64,000 bases of DNA from the human T2T-CHM13v2.0 reference genome, Homo sapiens (GCA_009914755.4 CP086569.2:13408001-13472000); one strand, 5' to 3'; positions 14,187-33,994 are shown, counted from the stretch's first letter. Notes: a model not told the origin generated them from the sequence alone. Program-made: numbers and translations.

Positions 14187-14225
14187 TATTCTGCAGGCTG
14201 AGGAGCAAGGAGCGCCAGTCCCAAC
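14187..14225 (-). repeat. Inverted copy of the LTR segment at 12019-12063, flanking the AT block
   Basis: atattctgcaggctgaggagcaaggagcgccagtcccaa is the reverse complement of ttgggactgg...ctttgctcctcagcctgcagaatat at 12019-12063, with an ~8-bp deletion. Confidence 0.75.
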
Positions 14226-14277
14226 CCACATAATATTCCATTAGTTTTGTCCCTCTAGAGAACCTTGACTAATATAT
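14226..14277 (+). mobile_element. MaLR LTR 3' terminus (continuation of 11727-12060)
   Basis: cccacataatattccattagttttgtccctctagagaaccttgactaatata, the canonical MaLR end. Confidence 0.6.
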
Positions 14278-14793
14278 TGCCAAATCATTCCCACGGAGGT
14301 TGTGCAAATTCACAGCAGTAAAATTGAAAATGGATAATGAAACCAGGAAAGCAAACAATGCAACAGTATTACCCGGATGTTTTAAAAAACTTTTAATGTT
14401 GGGTTGACAGGAAACAAAAACTGAAAATGCTAAATACTAGAAAATGACCATGATATAAACTCCCCATGAAAGACCCGTAAAGCTTGCTTTTAGCAGTGCA
14501 CAGATGAAAAGTTAGAACCTCACATGTTTATAACATTAAACAAGAAAGAAAGAAAATAAATGGCATGAACATTCAACTCAAGAAGTCATGCCTGTGGGGA
14601 GAGTGAGTATCACGTTAAACCTCAGAAAAGCAGGAGGAGGGAATTAATGAATTAAAAATTGAGACATTATTTGTTAAATAATTTAAACATTATATGAGAA
14701 AACTAAAATTGACAAAGATAAATTAAAATAATGATGGCACTAAACAAGAAGAATGCGAGCTTCTCCATACACTTGGAGGATGCACAAGAATTA

Positions 14794-15258
<465 letters not shown>

Positions 15259-15260
15259 CT

Positions 15261-15261
<1 letters not shown>

Positions 15262-15296
<35 letters not shown>
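15262..15296. repeat. (CA)n microsatellite
   Basis: About 17 CA repeats. Confidence 0.9.
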
Positions 15297-15297
<1 letters not shown>

Positions 15298-15589
15298 CAT
15301 GCCTAGAAAAGTTTAGCCAATCAGATTTTCCACAATAGAAAGAAGAAAATCTACCAAAATATATGTATGAAGAAAGTACAATATTGAAATTTATTATGTG
15401 CAAACACATAACATACATGAATTTGACTTTCGAATATTGACACAATAATCCTAAAGAAAATAACAAAACTAAGGCGTAATACCAAATAAGATTGAATTGT
15501 AGAATGGAAAGATGGCTAACATAAGGTTATCTATTATATGTAATTATATTTAATTCACCATATTAATAGATCAAAGTAGAAAATCATAC

Positions 15590-15965
15590 AGTAATCATGA
15601 TGCATCCCCAAAAAGGCACTTGATTGAATTTAATACCCATTTCTCAATAATGTTCTTAAGAAAGGAGTAGATACACTTTTTCATGATTTTATATATGAAA
15701 ACCTGTTGTATCCCCACAAAGGTGTTAGAAGAATAATTTTTCATGGTTGTATATATGAAAACCTGTTGTATCCCCACAAAGTGCTAGAACAGATACATTT
15801 TTCATGCTTTTATATATGAAAACCTTTTGTATCCCCACAAAGTGTTAGAAGAATAGATACATTTTTTTCATGATTTTATATATGAAAGCCTGTTATATCC
15901 CCCAAAATGTTAAAAGAATAGATACATTTTTTCACAGTTTTATATATGAAAACATGTTGTATCCA
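15590..15965. repeat. ~60-bp minisatellite, ~6 copies
   Basis: The unit 'gaaaacctgttgtatccccacaaagtgttagaagaatagatacatttttcatg.ttttatatat' repeats with variants. Confidence 0.85.
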
Positions 15966-17595
15966 GGACTGTATGTATGCCCATATGAATCATGAATTAA
16001 GGAAATTAGCAGGGCACAGAATTAACATAAGTAGGTAGTTTAAACGTATAAAATACTAAAGGTAAAAATCAATATAAAAATACGAAACCACTGTGAAGAA
16101 ATACAAAAGAAGTAACTAGAAAAAGAGATGTAGCTTATTCTTACACTGACTCTAGATTACAAACATTCCTACATTAATCTGTAAATTTAATGTAATTCTT
16201 ACAAAAATATTAATTGAGTTTTTCTTAGAATGGGCAAGTTGATTCTAAAATACAAATGAAAAATTAAACAGCAAAGGATGGCCAAGAATATCCTGAAAAT
16301 ATGAATGGGAAAGGCAGTGAGTCTTGTCACATATGAAAAACTATAATTCTCAAGCAACTGTCATTAGAATCATGTGGCATTACCTCATTTGCAAACAGAG
16401 TGATCAATGAGAGACAGGAGAGGTTGGAAAGTATCCCCACCAACTCCTGGACATACAGGAAGTTAGTGCATGATGTAAACTGCATTTCAAATCAGTGGAG
16501 AAAACATAAGATTACCTCATTTTGGGGAAAATACTGGATAGAGAAGCATCTCTTCCTCACTTCCTATACAAAAAGTGCATCCCTGGAAACCCAAATATTT
16601 TCATGTAATAAAGAAAAAAAATTCCCACAAAAGTGTTAGAAGACTATGAGTGTTCTTTTTTTCAATAAAGAAAAAAAATATGGACAGAGTATGTTCTAGT
16701 ATGTTTGAGTATGGACAAAGCATTTCTAAATATTACACAAAGACCAGAAACCACTCACTTTACCACACAAAAATAATAAATACTAGAGTAAAAAATAAAA
16801 TGCCACTTAAAGATTCAAAAGGCTAAGGATAAAGTGGAAAAGCATATTTGCTGTCTACTTCACTAAGGGCATTATCTTTCACATGTAAAGGGTTCCTATA
16901 GCCCAATAAGAAATGGACTGATAACACATAAAAATGAAAAAAGTGCAGTTCAGATGGTTTCTGGTAATGGATTCTCAACACACAGACCCTCAACCTCACT
17001 CAAGATATGAGAAATGCAACGTTAACAGAGTTGATTTGATTCCATTTTTCAAATGAGAGATTGGCAGTGACCAGAAAGTTTGGAGGGCTCCTAGGAAAGA
17101 GATCTGAAGCATCCTTCCAATCCTGTGAATTTGTACAATGTGTAGGGGGAGTGATTTGACAGTCTCCATAAGCAATTAAACATGCAACACTTTTTTACCT
17201 AAGAAAGCTACCTTTAGACATTTATTACAACAAATTCATTTACATAAGCTCACAATCATGTACTTCCTAAGATGTTCATGGCAGCATTTCCCCAACAGTA
17301 AAGACTTGACCACAGCTTAAGTGGGTTGGTTAAGTACATTGTGGTCCAGGTAGCAATGAATCCTCTGCCTTCTTTAAAAGAACAAATGAGTCAAGGGGCT
17401 TTTTCTTTACTGACACTGCCAGCATGTACTGAAGCTTAGTAAGCACATGCAGAATAAATCACATAAAAAGTCTCTCTTCCTTAAGACGTTAGGGATTGGC
17501 TCTGATACCAACAACTACCATACTATTTCAAATACTATTATTTTAAAAATTTATAAAGTATTTTATCCTATGTTCTATTACCCCTTAAATAACTT

Positions 17596-17790
17596 CTTTT
17601 TTTCTTGAGACAGACTTTTGCTCTGTCACTCAGACTGTAGTGTAGTGGGGCAATCTTGGCTCACTGCAACCTCTGCCTCCCAGGTTCAAGCAATTCTGCC
17701 TCAGCTTCCCAAGTAGCTGGGACTACAGGGGCACACCAGCACCCCTGTCTAATTTTTGTATTTTTATTAGAGGTGGGTTTCACCAAATAT
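17596..17790 (-). mobile_element. Alu fragment (partial)
   Basis: tttttcttgagacagacttttgctctgtcactcagactgtagtgtagtggggcaatcttggctcactgcaacctctgcctcccaggttcaagc... Confidence 0.8.
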
Positions 17791-18429
17791 TGTTCCATGT
17801 GTTTAGAAGCATGGTCGATGTTATTCTTTTTTTGAAGTAGAAGTAGATATGTAATGATAGAGGTAGACATTCTGAACTCTGTTGAAAGGAAAGCCTTCAG
17901 GCCACAGGAGATTTGGTTGATGGGAGGAGAGAGAAAAGGCCTCATGACATTTGCTAGCTGGTTTCACTGAGTAGTTGCTTAAAGGACTCTTGGGAAGAGG
18001 GATTAAACTTTTGCTCTGAAGGATCCACAGAAGCGACTGTGTAGAATCCCTATTTTGTGTTCTGCAGAACTACTTTCCTTTAAATGAGTGGTGCAGACAA
18101 AATGATAATGTGGTTTAGATATAATTTTAATTAATACATAAAATTGGACATAAAGCAAACGAGTTTATTTACATACTTTTATGTTCACACAGACTTTCTT
18201 TTTTTCTCTCTCTCTTTTTTTCTTATACTTTAAGTTCTACGGTACATGGGCACAATGTGCAGGTTTGTTACATATGTATACATGTGCCATGTTGGTGTGC
18301 TGCACCCATTAACTCATCATCTACAATAGGTATATCTCCTAATGCTTTCCCTCCCCCCTCCCCCCTCCCCCCACCCCATGACAGGCCCTGGTGTGTGATG
18401 TTCCCTGCCCTATGTCTAGGTGTTCTCAT

Positions 18430-22245
<3,816 letters not shown>

Positions 22246-22482
22246 TATGATGTTAGCTCATTATTTTTCTCATTAGTTGATGCAGTTTCTTCATAGCATC
22301 AATGGTCTTTGCAATTTGGCATGTTTTTGCAGTGGCTGTTACCAGTTGTTTCTTTCCATGTTTAGCGCTTCCTTCAGGAGCTGTTGTAAGTCAGGCATGG
22401 TGGTGACAAAATCTCTCAGCATTTGCTTGTCTGTAAAGTATTTTATTTCTCCTTCACTTATGAAGCTTAGTTTGGCTGGATT

Positions 22483-23370
22483 TTAAATTCTGGGTTGAAA
22501 ATTCTTTTCTTTAAGAATGACGAATATTGGCCCCCACTCTCTTCTAGCTTGTAGAGTTTCTGCTGAGAGATCAGCTGTTAGTCTGAAGGGCTTCCCTTTG
22601 TGGGTAACCCTACCTTTCTCTCTGGCTGCCCTTAACATTTTTTCCTTCATTTCAACTTTGGTAAACCTGACAGTTGTGTGTCTGAGAGTTGCTCTTCTCG
22701 AGGAGTATCTTTGTGGCGTTCTCTGTATTTCCTGAATCTGAATGTGGGCCTGCCTTGCTAGATTGGGGAAGTTCTCCTGGATAATATCCTGCAGAGTGTT
22801 TTCCAACTTGGTTCCATTCTCCCCATCACTTTCACGTACACCAATCAGACATAGATTTGGTCTTTTCACATAGTCCCATATTTCTTGGAGGTTTTGTTCA
22901 TTTCTTTTTACTCTTTTTTCTCCAAACTTCTCTTTTGCTTCATTTCATTCATTTGATCTTCAATCACTGATAACCCTTTCTTCCAGTTGATCAAATTGGC
23001 TACTGAAGCTTGTGCGTTCATCACGTAGTTCTCGTGCCATGGTTTTCAGCTGCATCGGTTCCTTTAAGGACTTCTGTACACTGGTTATTCTACTTGGCCA
23101 ATCGCCTAATCTTTTTCAAGGTTTTTAGCTTCTTTGCGTTGTGTTCAAAGTTCCTCCTTTAGCTCAGAGTAGTTTAATCATCTGAAGCCTTCTTCTCTCA
23201 AGTCGCCAAAGTCATTCTCCATCCAGCTTTGTTCCATTGCTGGCAAGGAGCTGTGTTCCATTGCTGGCAAGGAGCTGTGTTCCATTGCTGGCAAGGAGCT
23301 GCGTTCCTTTGGAGGGGGAGAGGTGCTCTGATTTTTAGAATTTTCAGCTTTTCTGCTCTATTTTTTCCCC
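22483..23370 (-). pseudogene. L1 ORF1 remnant (start codon followed by premature TAG at codon 5)
   Basis: Reverse complement of 23300-23370 reads ATG GGG AAA AAA TAG AGC AGA AAA GCT GAA AAT TCT AAA. The C-terminal ORF 22483-22869 matches ORF1p. Confidence 0.8.
23231..23296 (-). repeat. 22-bp tandem triplication inside the L1 ORF1 N-terminal region
   Basis: gttccattgctggcaaggagctgt occurs three times where the L1 consensus has one copy. Confidence 0.85.
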
Positions 23371-23969
23371 ATGTTTGTGGTTTTATCTACCTTTGGTCTT
23401 TGATGATGGTGATGTGCAGATGGGGTTTTGGTGTGGATGTCCTTTCTGTTTGTTAGTTTTCCTTCTAACAGTCGGGACCCTCAACTGCAGGTCTGTTGGA
23501 GTATGCTGGAGGCCCACTCCAGACCCTGTTTGCCTGGTTATCAGCAGCGGAGGCTGCAGAACAGCAAATATTGCTGAACAGCAAATGTTCCTGCCTGATC
23601 GTTCCTCTGGAAGCTTCGTCTCAGAGGGGTACCTGGCCATGTGAGATGTCGGTCTACCCCTACTGGGCGGTGCCTCCCAGTTAGACTACTCGGGGGTCAG
23701 GGACCCACTTGATGAGGCAGTCTGTCTGTACTCAGATCTCAAACTCCAAGCTGGGAGAACCACTACTCTCTTCGAAGTTCAGTCAGAAATGCAGAAATCA
23801 CCTGTCTTCTGTGTCACTCATGCTGGGAGCTGTAGAGTGTAACTGTTCCTATTTGGCCATCTTGGAACCAAGAATTCCACACACACTTCCAATAACTGTG
23901 TTAGGAAAAAACTCACAAGCTGTTTTTTGTCTGCCCTCACACAACAATCAACACAGAAGACTTCCGTGA

Positions 23970-24343
<374 letters not shown>

Positions 24344-24794
24344 AACTACAGCTACCTTTTTAGGTGGTTATCCTTATTGCAAAAGCAGCAACAGATACTT
24401 TCAAAATTGATCTTCTTAAAGCCAGAACATGTATACTCCTCTATGTAAATTTAAATCTCTCTAAATCTCCCTTCTCTTTCTCCATTCCTAGGCAACCACT
24501 AATCTGCCTTCTGTCTCTATGGATTAGGTAGCATTTTCTAGCATTTTAAGTAGAGTTCCAGGATGGAGTGTGTACCTTTATAAGTGGCTAGCTCATGAAA
24601 AGAACACTGCAGGTAGTTCACAGATTGAGACACCAACATATTCCTATTCTATATTGCTCCAATTAAAAGCATGACCAGATGGTAAACTAGCTTGCCCAAG
24701 CCTTGTTTGACTTGTTGCAATTGCCTGCCCCCATCTGCAAAAATGTGGTGAGTTATAGAGGTACATACATCTCAGTGTAAGGTGCAGATATCTA

Positions 24795-24950
24795 TGGTTT
24801 TTTTGTTTGTTTGTTTGAGACAGTTCTTGCTTTGTTTCTCAGGCTGGAGTGGAGCAGTACAAACAATCATAGCTTACTGGAGCCTCTAACTTAGGCTCAA
24901 GCAATCCTCTGAAAGTGTTGGGATTACCAGCATGAGCTATTGCACCTGGC
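24795..24950 (-). mobile_element. Divergent Alu-like fragment
   Basis: gtttgtttgagacagttcttgctttgtttctcaggctggagtggagcagtac ... gggattaccagcatgagctattgcacctggcc. Confidence 0.6.
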
Positions 24951-24974
24951 CTCTCCATGGTTTTTTATTTTAGT

Positions 24975-25200
24975 TTTTAGTCCCTGTCACCCAGGCTGGA
25001 GTGTCGTGGTATGATCTTGGCTCATTGTAACCTCTGCCTCCCAGGTCCAATCGATTCTTCTGCCTCAGCCTCCCAAGTAGTTTATTTTTCCCACCACCAC
25101 AATCAGCTAATTTTTGTAGTAGAGACAGGGTTTTGCCATGTTGGCCAGCCTGGTGTTGAAATCCTGACCTCGGTGATTCACCCACCTCAGCCTCCTAAAT
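24975..25200 (-). mobile_element. Alu SINE (partial)
   Basis: ccctgtcacccaggctggagtgtcgtggtatgatcttggctcattgtaacctctgcctcccagg ... cctcagcctcctaaattctc. Confidence 0.85.
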
Positions 25201-25544
25201 TCTCTACATGGTTTTTTAAACATCACTTGAATGGTGGTTCATATATAAACTCTCCTCCCTGTAGTGGCAGCTGCTATGTGTCTTATTTTGTAGGCTCATT
25301 TTATCTTTGCATGTGTGGGGACCAGGCAGCCAGGATAGGGTTGTGATGGACCACTTTCACAAAGCAGTGGTATCTTGTTTCACAGGCATGGGCAGCACAG
25401 ACTTTGTGGTCCTTGAGAATCTGCTGCTGGGAAAGCAATGCAGAAGGAGACAGGCAGGTAGCTATATCCCCAGACAAATGAGAGCCAGTGCTTCCTCTTG
25501 CCCAGGGCACGGAAAGTTCAGGGCAGACATGTGCCCTTTTATTG

Positions 25545-25592
25545 TGTGTATGTGTGTGTGTGAGAGTGTGTGTGTGTGTGTGTGTGTATCCA
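25545..25592. repeat. (GT)n microsatellite
   Basis: tgtgtgtatgtgtgtgtgtgagagtgtgtgtgtgtgtgtgtgtat. Confidence 0.9.
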
Positions 25593-26940
25593 GTTTTCAT
25601 CTGTACTGTTTTCCTAGGTCCCAGGTCCACTGCAGAAGAGTCCTGGACAGGTCTTGAATGGATCCAGGCTCTGAGATTTTCACAGAGGCTCACAGGCTAT
25701 TTTGACTGGCAGAAAAGCAGTTCTACCACTTACTGCCTTAAGCACATGTGCTTAGGAAGGTTAAGGCTGGAAACCTGGTGGCCTATTGGCATTTTCCTCA
25801 TAACTTAGCCCAGCTGGGTCAGTGCAAAAGGGAGGTCAGCCTGATGCCCTCGAGCTGCACTGGAGGAGAGGGAGCAGCGTGGTGAAGGACGGAGAAAGGG
25901 ATGGCAGGTTCTAGCTTAGCTGAGCTTGTCCTACCACTCAGTGCTACGGTTGATGGCTGTTGTCTGTTGTCGTGGTCTGTTGCTATTCTCTCTCTGGCAT
26001 CTGTATTAACAACTCTGGGGACACAGTAATCTATTTTTCCTACTTCATAGGCAAATTGCCAAAAGTTCAGCCTCTAAAAAACACCTATAATTTCAAACAC
26101 CCTGAGGAAAATTTCTTTTAAATATCATATCATAAATCATTTTCTAAAGCTTTACAATTACCCTTTTGATCTTTTCCCAAATTTACATTATTAGTTTTGT
26201 TTACAACAAAGTCTGCCTGCTGCCTTGTCATTGACCCCACTCTGGGGAGTTTCTCTTGAACCGATCAAGTGTTGCAAGTCATTTTGTGGGGGCCAAATCC
26301 TGGATAGGGTCAATTCAGTTCATTTCCTGCCACTTTGCTGGCAGTGCTAAACCCTCTTGTGAATCTAATTACATCTGCTAAGCTTGCATTCAAGAGCAGC
26401 TTAGAAGCAGAGGGGAGGGTTTTCTGCAGCAGGCTGTAAGGGTTTGTAAGACTGTGTAGTGTGGTCCTACCTTTGAAGAGAAGAGTCTGCACATTGAGGG
26501 ACAGCATTCGTCTTGCTAGGAGCAAGTTTCTTACAACATGCACACCCTCTTGGCCATTGCTAAGGTGCCCTGACTGCTGCTCCAAGCCCACATTGTGCTG
26601 TGCCCCCCTCTGCTGCTGGCTCCTTGGAGCTGTCCTGGAGCAGGTGGCCCTGTGGCCCCAAGATTGATTAGCACAGATGTTCCAGCAGCTGCTACTTGAA
26701 ACTCTGGCAGCCAGTAACGGGCCTGCCTAATATGTCAGCAGGTTTACATCCCCACCCCATCTTTCCCAGCCCTCCCTACTCCCTCCAAAGCTACTCCTGG
26801 GGCAGAAACTGTGTATGTTTAGATGGAGAGTATGCTCCTTAGTGGGGACACTGGAGGATGTCTGGTGAAACTCGTGCCTTGAAGGCTGTCTGATATCATT
26901 GATATCATTTGTCTGTGATTCAGGAGTGGGTATTTTGTTT

Positions 26941-27267
<327 letters not shown>

Positions 27268-27439
27268 TGAGCATTTGGGGGCTTATGGCTGTTTGCTACT
27301 GTGCTTATTTTCTTGTTAAAACAAAAGAGACCATGCTTTTTTGGCTTATTTTCCATTATTGTTTTTATTTAATTTATTTTATTATGAATGCAGGAAGGGA
27401 AGGAGAAAGGGAGGGAGGATACAAGGAAGGAAGAACAGG

Positions 27440-27590
27440 ATCTCACTCTGTTACCCAGGCTGGAGTGTGGTGGCTATTGATAGGCATGATCATACCTCAT
27501 TACAGCCTCAAACTCCTGGGCTCAAGCAGTGCTCTTGCCTCAGCCTCCTGAATAGCTGGGACCACAGGTACATTCCACCATGCCCAGCTT
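27440..27590 (-). mobile_element. Alu fragment
   Basis: caggatctcactctgttacccaggctggagtgtggtggc ... ctcagcctcctgaatagctgggaccacagg. Confidence 0.8.
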
Positions 27591-30549
27591 ATTGTTTTTA
27601 TTAAGTAAAATGAGGAGAAAAAAGAAAACCACATAGATCAGAATTGTTTTATTTCAGGGAAAATTGTTAATACTTCTATTTGGGTTTTGCCTTAATGTGT
27701 GGCTTAAGTAATTTAACCAGATGAATCTCTAAATACTTGCGGCATTTCATATTGTAAGTCAAGTAGAGAATGGTAAATAGTTAAGATTTTGCTTTTCATG
27801 TCTCCCCTTATTAGTTATCATAAAAGAACTAGAGCTTTATAAGGCATATAATGCATGCTAATAATAACCAAGACATAAAAGTGATGTCTTTAAGATTTAG
27901 TTTGGAAGCATTGGTGGTTTCTCATATAGTAAGACTTATGGAGAATGTTTAGCTTATTTCTTGGTTATTTGGGATATCTATAGTACCTGTGAATGTTGTG
28001 CAGTGGGATCCACACTATACAGGTTAAGTTTATTTTGAGGTTTGAGGAATTGAGAGGTTAGTAATAGCATTTGCAAAGAAGCTTAAATGACTTATTTTTG
28101 TGTGTATTCTGCAAATGGAGTAGACTTAGGAAAAGAGATTTACCCAAACTGGTCGAATTCCTAGTTTACTAATGGATTGGAAGAAGAGTGTTCTGGTGAG
28201 ATTTTAAGAGCAGACCCTGGAAATGTCCTATCTTGAGACTTGAGGGCACAGGGATCTGGGGACAGGTCTTGATGTCTGTTGTCTGGAAGGTGGTGTCCTG
28301 TAAGAGGCAACAGACACCAAGGGCCCCTGGGCCGATATGCCGAGTTCTTAATGAGCTTGGCAGGGCAGGAGGCCTGCATATGGCTTCTGTCCAGTGTGCT
28401 ACTCACCCTTGCAGTTACCTCTAAGGTACAGGTAGATCAGCCCTTTCCAGGTAGAGAAGCCTCCAGAGGCTCTCTTTGCCCACATGGAACACAATGAGCA
28501 GGTCCGCTTTCTGTCCATCCCATCCTTGGCTTTGGCAGCACTGGCACACTGTGATATTCTGCTCTGTACTGGCCACTTTGTTCAGATGGAAACAAACATG
28601 CTTTCAAAGTGTTGCCAAGGTGCAGGGAGAGGTGATGTTGGCTGAGCCATGAGTGGTGGCTGCCCAGTAGCTTATAAAGCTGGAGAAAATGTTGCCTCTT
28701 GAAACTTTTACCTCACGCCCAGCTACCATGAACACCCCTGGGTTCTAAGGTAGGTGAGTCTTTGGGGGAAGAAATGAAGTTCCCAATACAGCCTTGGCTA
28801 TTTCTGCAAAGTGAGGGGCATACTTTATCTGTAAAAAAGCCTGATTTTGTTTTGTTTTAGCATCACTCGCTAATTTATTCACACAAAGAAAGTGCTCCAT
28901 AATGAAAACAACTTCATCCTATGTCTCCGTCCCAAACAGACACACTCACCTCCCACCTGTCCCCAACTGCAAAGATGTGTCTTGGCTATCTCAAGGTACT
29001 TTTAGAACCAAATCCTCATAAAAACAATTTGGAATAGTTGCCTGATAACATGGTTTTATTGCTGAAGAAAGCCTGTTTGTGGCAGTTAGAGTCCAAAGGC
29101 CTTTTGAATTGAATGAAGTGGCATGTTTAAGTAGAGTGCTGAGAAGGATTTGCTGAGCGGTAATCATGACAGCATTGATGGGGATATGAAATGGGCTGAT
29201 CAAATAACTGGGGCAGTTCTGCCATCCAGACTATGTTTCTGTGGGGTAGCCAGCATCATGCACAGGGCAGGTGCCAAGAGTTCTCTCCACCATGGAGGGT
29301 GTTTTGCCATTTTCTCTGCTGGTGGTGGGTGTGCTTGCCTTTAATAATATGGAAAGCAAGATCATTGGTCTGTAGCTTCTAGTAAATAACAAAAAAGAGG
29401 AAGGAACCAGATCTTTCTTCAGTGATTTCACTACTTTGATTTGCTAACTATGACATGATCATTTATTAAATCTAAAGACACAAAGAAAATTTCTCTGGCT
29501 CAATGCTCTTGCAAAGAAAAGGATGCCTCTCACCCTCTTGGTGAGTTGATAAGTGATCAAATAAGGAAAGATTTTTATCAGCCACTTGGCGTATATTGAT
29601 GAACACATGTGAGTGGATGGCTGGCTTACCATAGTGACCACACATGTGTGGTGGTATTTAATAGTTCTCTGAATGTGTACAGATCTGTAGAAAGTTTGCA
29701 GTAAAATCACAGGCTTCCTTTGGAGAAATGTTATTTAATCATTATAGCATTTCACTATTGCCACATTTAGTTAACCTACATTTAACCTACAGTGCCTACA
29801 ACTTTACATTTAAAGGAATTCGTGGACCTTGTTGTTGTTTTTTTTTTCCTGATTTGCCACTCAGTTTCACCTCTTTTCATGATCATGGCTCAACGTTTCT
29901 TTGCTGTGCCATGACTCCAAAGTCTGTTTTACTGGTTACTTTCCCTAAACTTCATATCTCTTCTATATACCCTGTTCCTTGTTTTTGTTTTTATTTTTTT
30001 CTAGGAGGAATATTTTCTTAACTCTTCTAGTACCATGAGTAACCATGGGTCTTGGGAAGGGAATTTGAGGACAAATTGTATAAATATACAGTAAATTGCT
30101 ATGGGCTTTCTGTAGTGAGCAGAATTCCAGAATGGGATAAAGGAGATTGTTTCACATGATCTTCTGCTGGGCAGAGAATTCCAGAAAGGGCTAGGATAGA
30201 TTGTTTCTTTAAATCTCATTCCTTTCCCTTTACATATATTTATATAGCTAGAACCCATTATACACAGCATTTAGATGACAGTAGTTGGCAATCTCTAGTT
30301 GCCTTGTCTTTTTTGTTTTGTTTTGTGTTTGTGGTTTTTTTTTTTTTTTTTGGTGTGGCTTTTGCTATGTTTATACTGATATGTTGACTAAGTGAAACTT
30401 TTTGGCCTTTATTCTTATATCCCTGGTGTTCATTCTTAAGGCTATATAGAACTAGTCATATTAATGATTGTGCACTTGGATATGCTGAGTTTCTTTGCCA
30501 ACAAATTCATTCTGTTGAAACATAGCCAAGAAGCTGTGTAGATGCCCTT

Positions 30550-30884
<335 letters not shown>

Positions 30885-31311
30885 TGAATGAAATGATTAT
30901 TTGACACTTGGGGTATGTTGAACTCAAATGGTTTGGATACCTGGAGAGAGATCTTTTTTTTTTCCTTTTCTTTCTAACAGTAATGGGTTTACCAAAGTGA
31001 AGATTACAGAGGTCAATAGGAAAAAATAAGTCATTGAGGTCTGCTCCACTCCTCTGTTTCATGCCACTCTGTTTGGCCTATGGATTCTGTGGCATTTCTC
31101 TGCAGTCTTTTCTGCTGTAGGACCCAGGTTGCACACCAGAGGCTGAGGACAGAGGTGGGGCACGCTCTTGCTAGGGGAGAGAGGGAGAAGCCTGGTGGGG
31201 CACAGAGCAGCTCTGGGGCTTTCACACCCATGAATGCTGCTGCTGGGCCCTGGTATTTGCTTACAGTAGAGCTCTGATATCTTGTCTCAGTCTCAGCTAC
31301 ATAAGTCATTA

Positions 31312-31815
<504 letters not shown>

Positions 31816-32646
31816 CTAGTTAACATATTGTATGCACTACAAATTGTATTGTACATTATGAATTTGTATTGTATACAAATATGAATGGCATATTTGTATA
31901 CATTCATGTAATGTATGTGAGAAGCACTCCCGCCACATGGCTGTGATCATTCCTTTAGGTCCTGCCTCATGGGAGTTTGCAGGTGAGTGGGCTGAAGAGC
32001 TCTCACCAGTGTGGACTCAGAGAGGAAGGAAGGTTAGAAGCCAACCCAGGAAAATCTTTGCTGAGGACAGGCCAGCAGAGCTGGGTCATTCATGTTGTAG
32101 CATGTGTCAGAATTTCCTTTTTATTTCCTAGTAATATTTCATTTTGTGGATAGACCACATTTTGTCTGTGCATCCTTCCATCCGTGGAGCAGTATATGTT
32201 TTGATAAAATGGCTAGCTGTTAAAGTCCATATTAGATGTAAGCCAAATAACATTACAGAGTAAACATCTAATGTAAAAGAGCAAATCTGAAATAATAATA
32301 TTATTACAATTTCATTTTAAAACATAATATCCGGATTTCAACAGAATGACATTTTGGTCCAGGAACAGAACTGTTTAGGACTCTCAGCTGCAAGAGGGCT
32401 TCTGTGGTCATTACCTTACTTGTTCCCAACACTTAATTAATTCTTCTTTTAGCCTGAGGCCAGTGGAAGGGTGAGATATGTTTTGGGTTTTTAGCTAACT
32501 GCTAGTATAGGTTAATGTTACTAACAAGCTGCTATCTCCTCTGATGTAACTGACCAAGCTAGAGAGCTAATTCCTGTTCATACTTGGATTTAAAGAATCA
32601 GTGCATGGGGACAATTCACTTTCTTTGAAACAGTTCTGCAAAATGA

Positions 32647-33112
<466 letters not shown>

Positions 33113-33270
33113 CAAAATAATGTGTTTTAACGCACATTGAATATGGTTACTCTACAGAGCACCCTGGTGCCCCTAGTGGTGTAAAATAGAATTTCTAGTT
33201 GTAAAATTGAGCACAAAGCAGTTGGCTAACATGAAGGTACTTAGAAGCGTTCTGTCTATTCCGGGCTGGC

Positions 33271-33303
33271 TTTTGTTTTGTTTTGTTTTGTTTTGTTTTG
33301 TTT
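33271..33303. repeat. (TTTTG)n microsatellite (Alu tail)
   Basis: ttttgttttgttttgttttgttttgttttg. Confidence 0.85.
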
Positions 33304-33563
33304 TTGAGACAGAGTCTCGCTCTATTGCCAGGTTGGAGTGCAGTGGCGTGATCTCAGTTTAGTGCAATCTCCATCTCCTGGGTTCATCTGCCTCAGCCTC
33401 CCAAATGGCTGGGATTACAGGTGCCCAGCTAATTTTTGTATTTTCAGTAGAGATGGGCTTTCACCATGTTGGCCAGGATGGTCTTGATCTCCTGACCTCA
33501 TGATCTGCCCACCTCTGCCCCCCAAAGTGATAGAATTACAGGCGTAAGCCACCGTGCCTGGCC
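33303..33563 (-). mobile_element. Alu SINE
   Basis: gagacagagtctcgctctattgccaggttggagtgcagtggcgtgatctcag ... ggcgtaagccaccgtgcctggcc. Confidence 0.9.
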
Positions 33564-33994
33564 ATATTAAAAATATGATTAGAAAATCTCACTAGAGTGG
33601 TTATCTGCACATTATGGAAGGGTGGTAGGGAAAGATGTGGTGCAAGTGGATAGCAGTGTTCCTGCCATGCAGAAGAGATTGACTTACTGTATCTCTAAGG
33701 CAATGCTCCAGCTGCAAGGTTACAGATGGCTCTTATCTGTGCTACCCAGTGCAGTAGCCACTGTCCACATGGCCACTGAGCACTTCCAATGTGGACAGAA
33801 TGACCAAGGAACTGAACTTTGGATTTTGTCATTTAAATAACTCCATGTGCAGCTGTGGCTGCTGGATGGCACAGCCAATCCCTGAGAGACTGTCCTTATT
33901 CTACCTCATGACTTGTCAGTGGCCATACCCAGGACTGACATACATTCTATTTGGGACAAAGCTAGGAATGGAGGCAGGGCACAGCAGAGACTCA

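Noticed and set aside
15590-15965. CRISPR-like repeat/spacer appearance
   Set aside because: The units are ~60 bp, imperfect and contiguous, with no unique spacers. It is AT-rich in a eukaryotic context, so it is a minisatellite.
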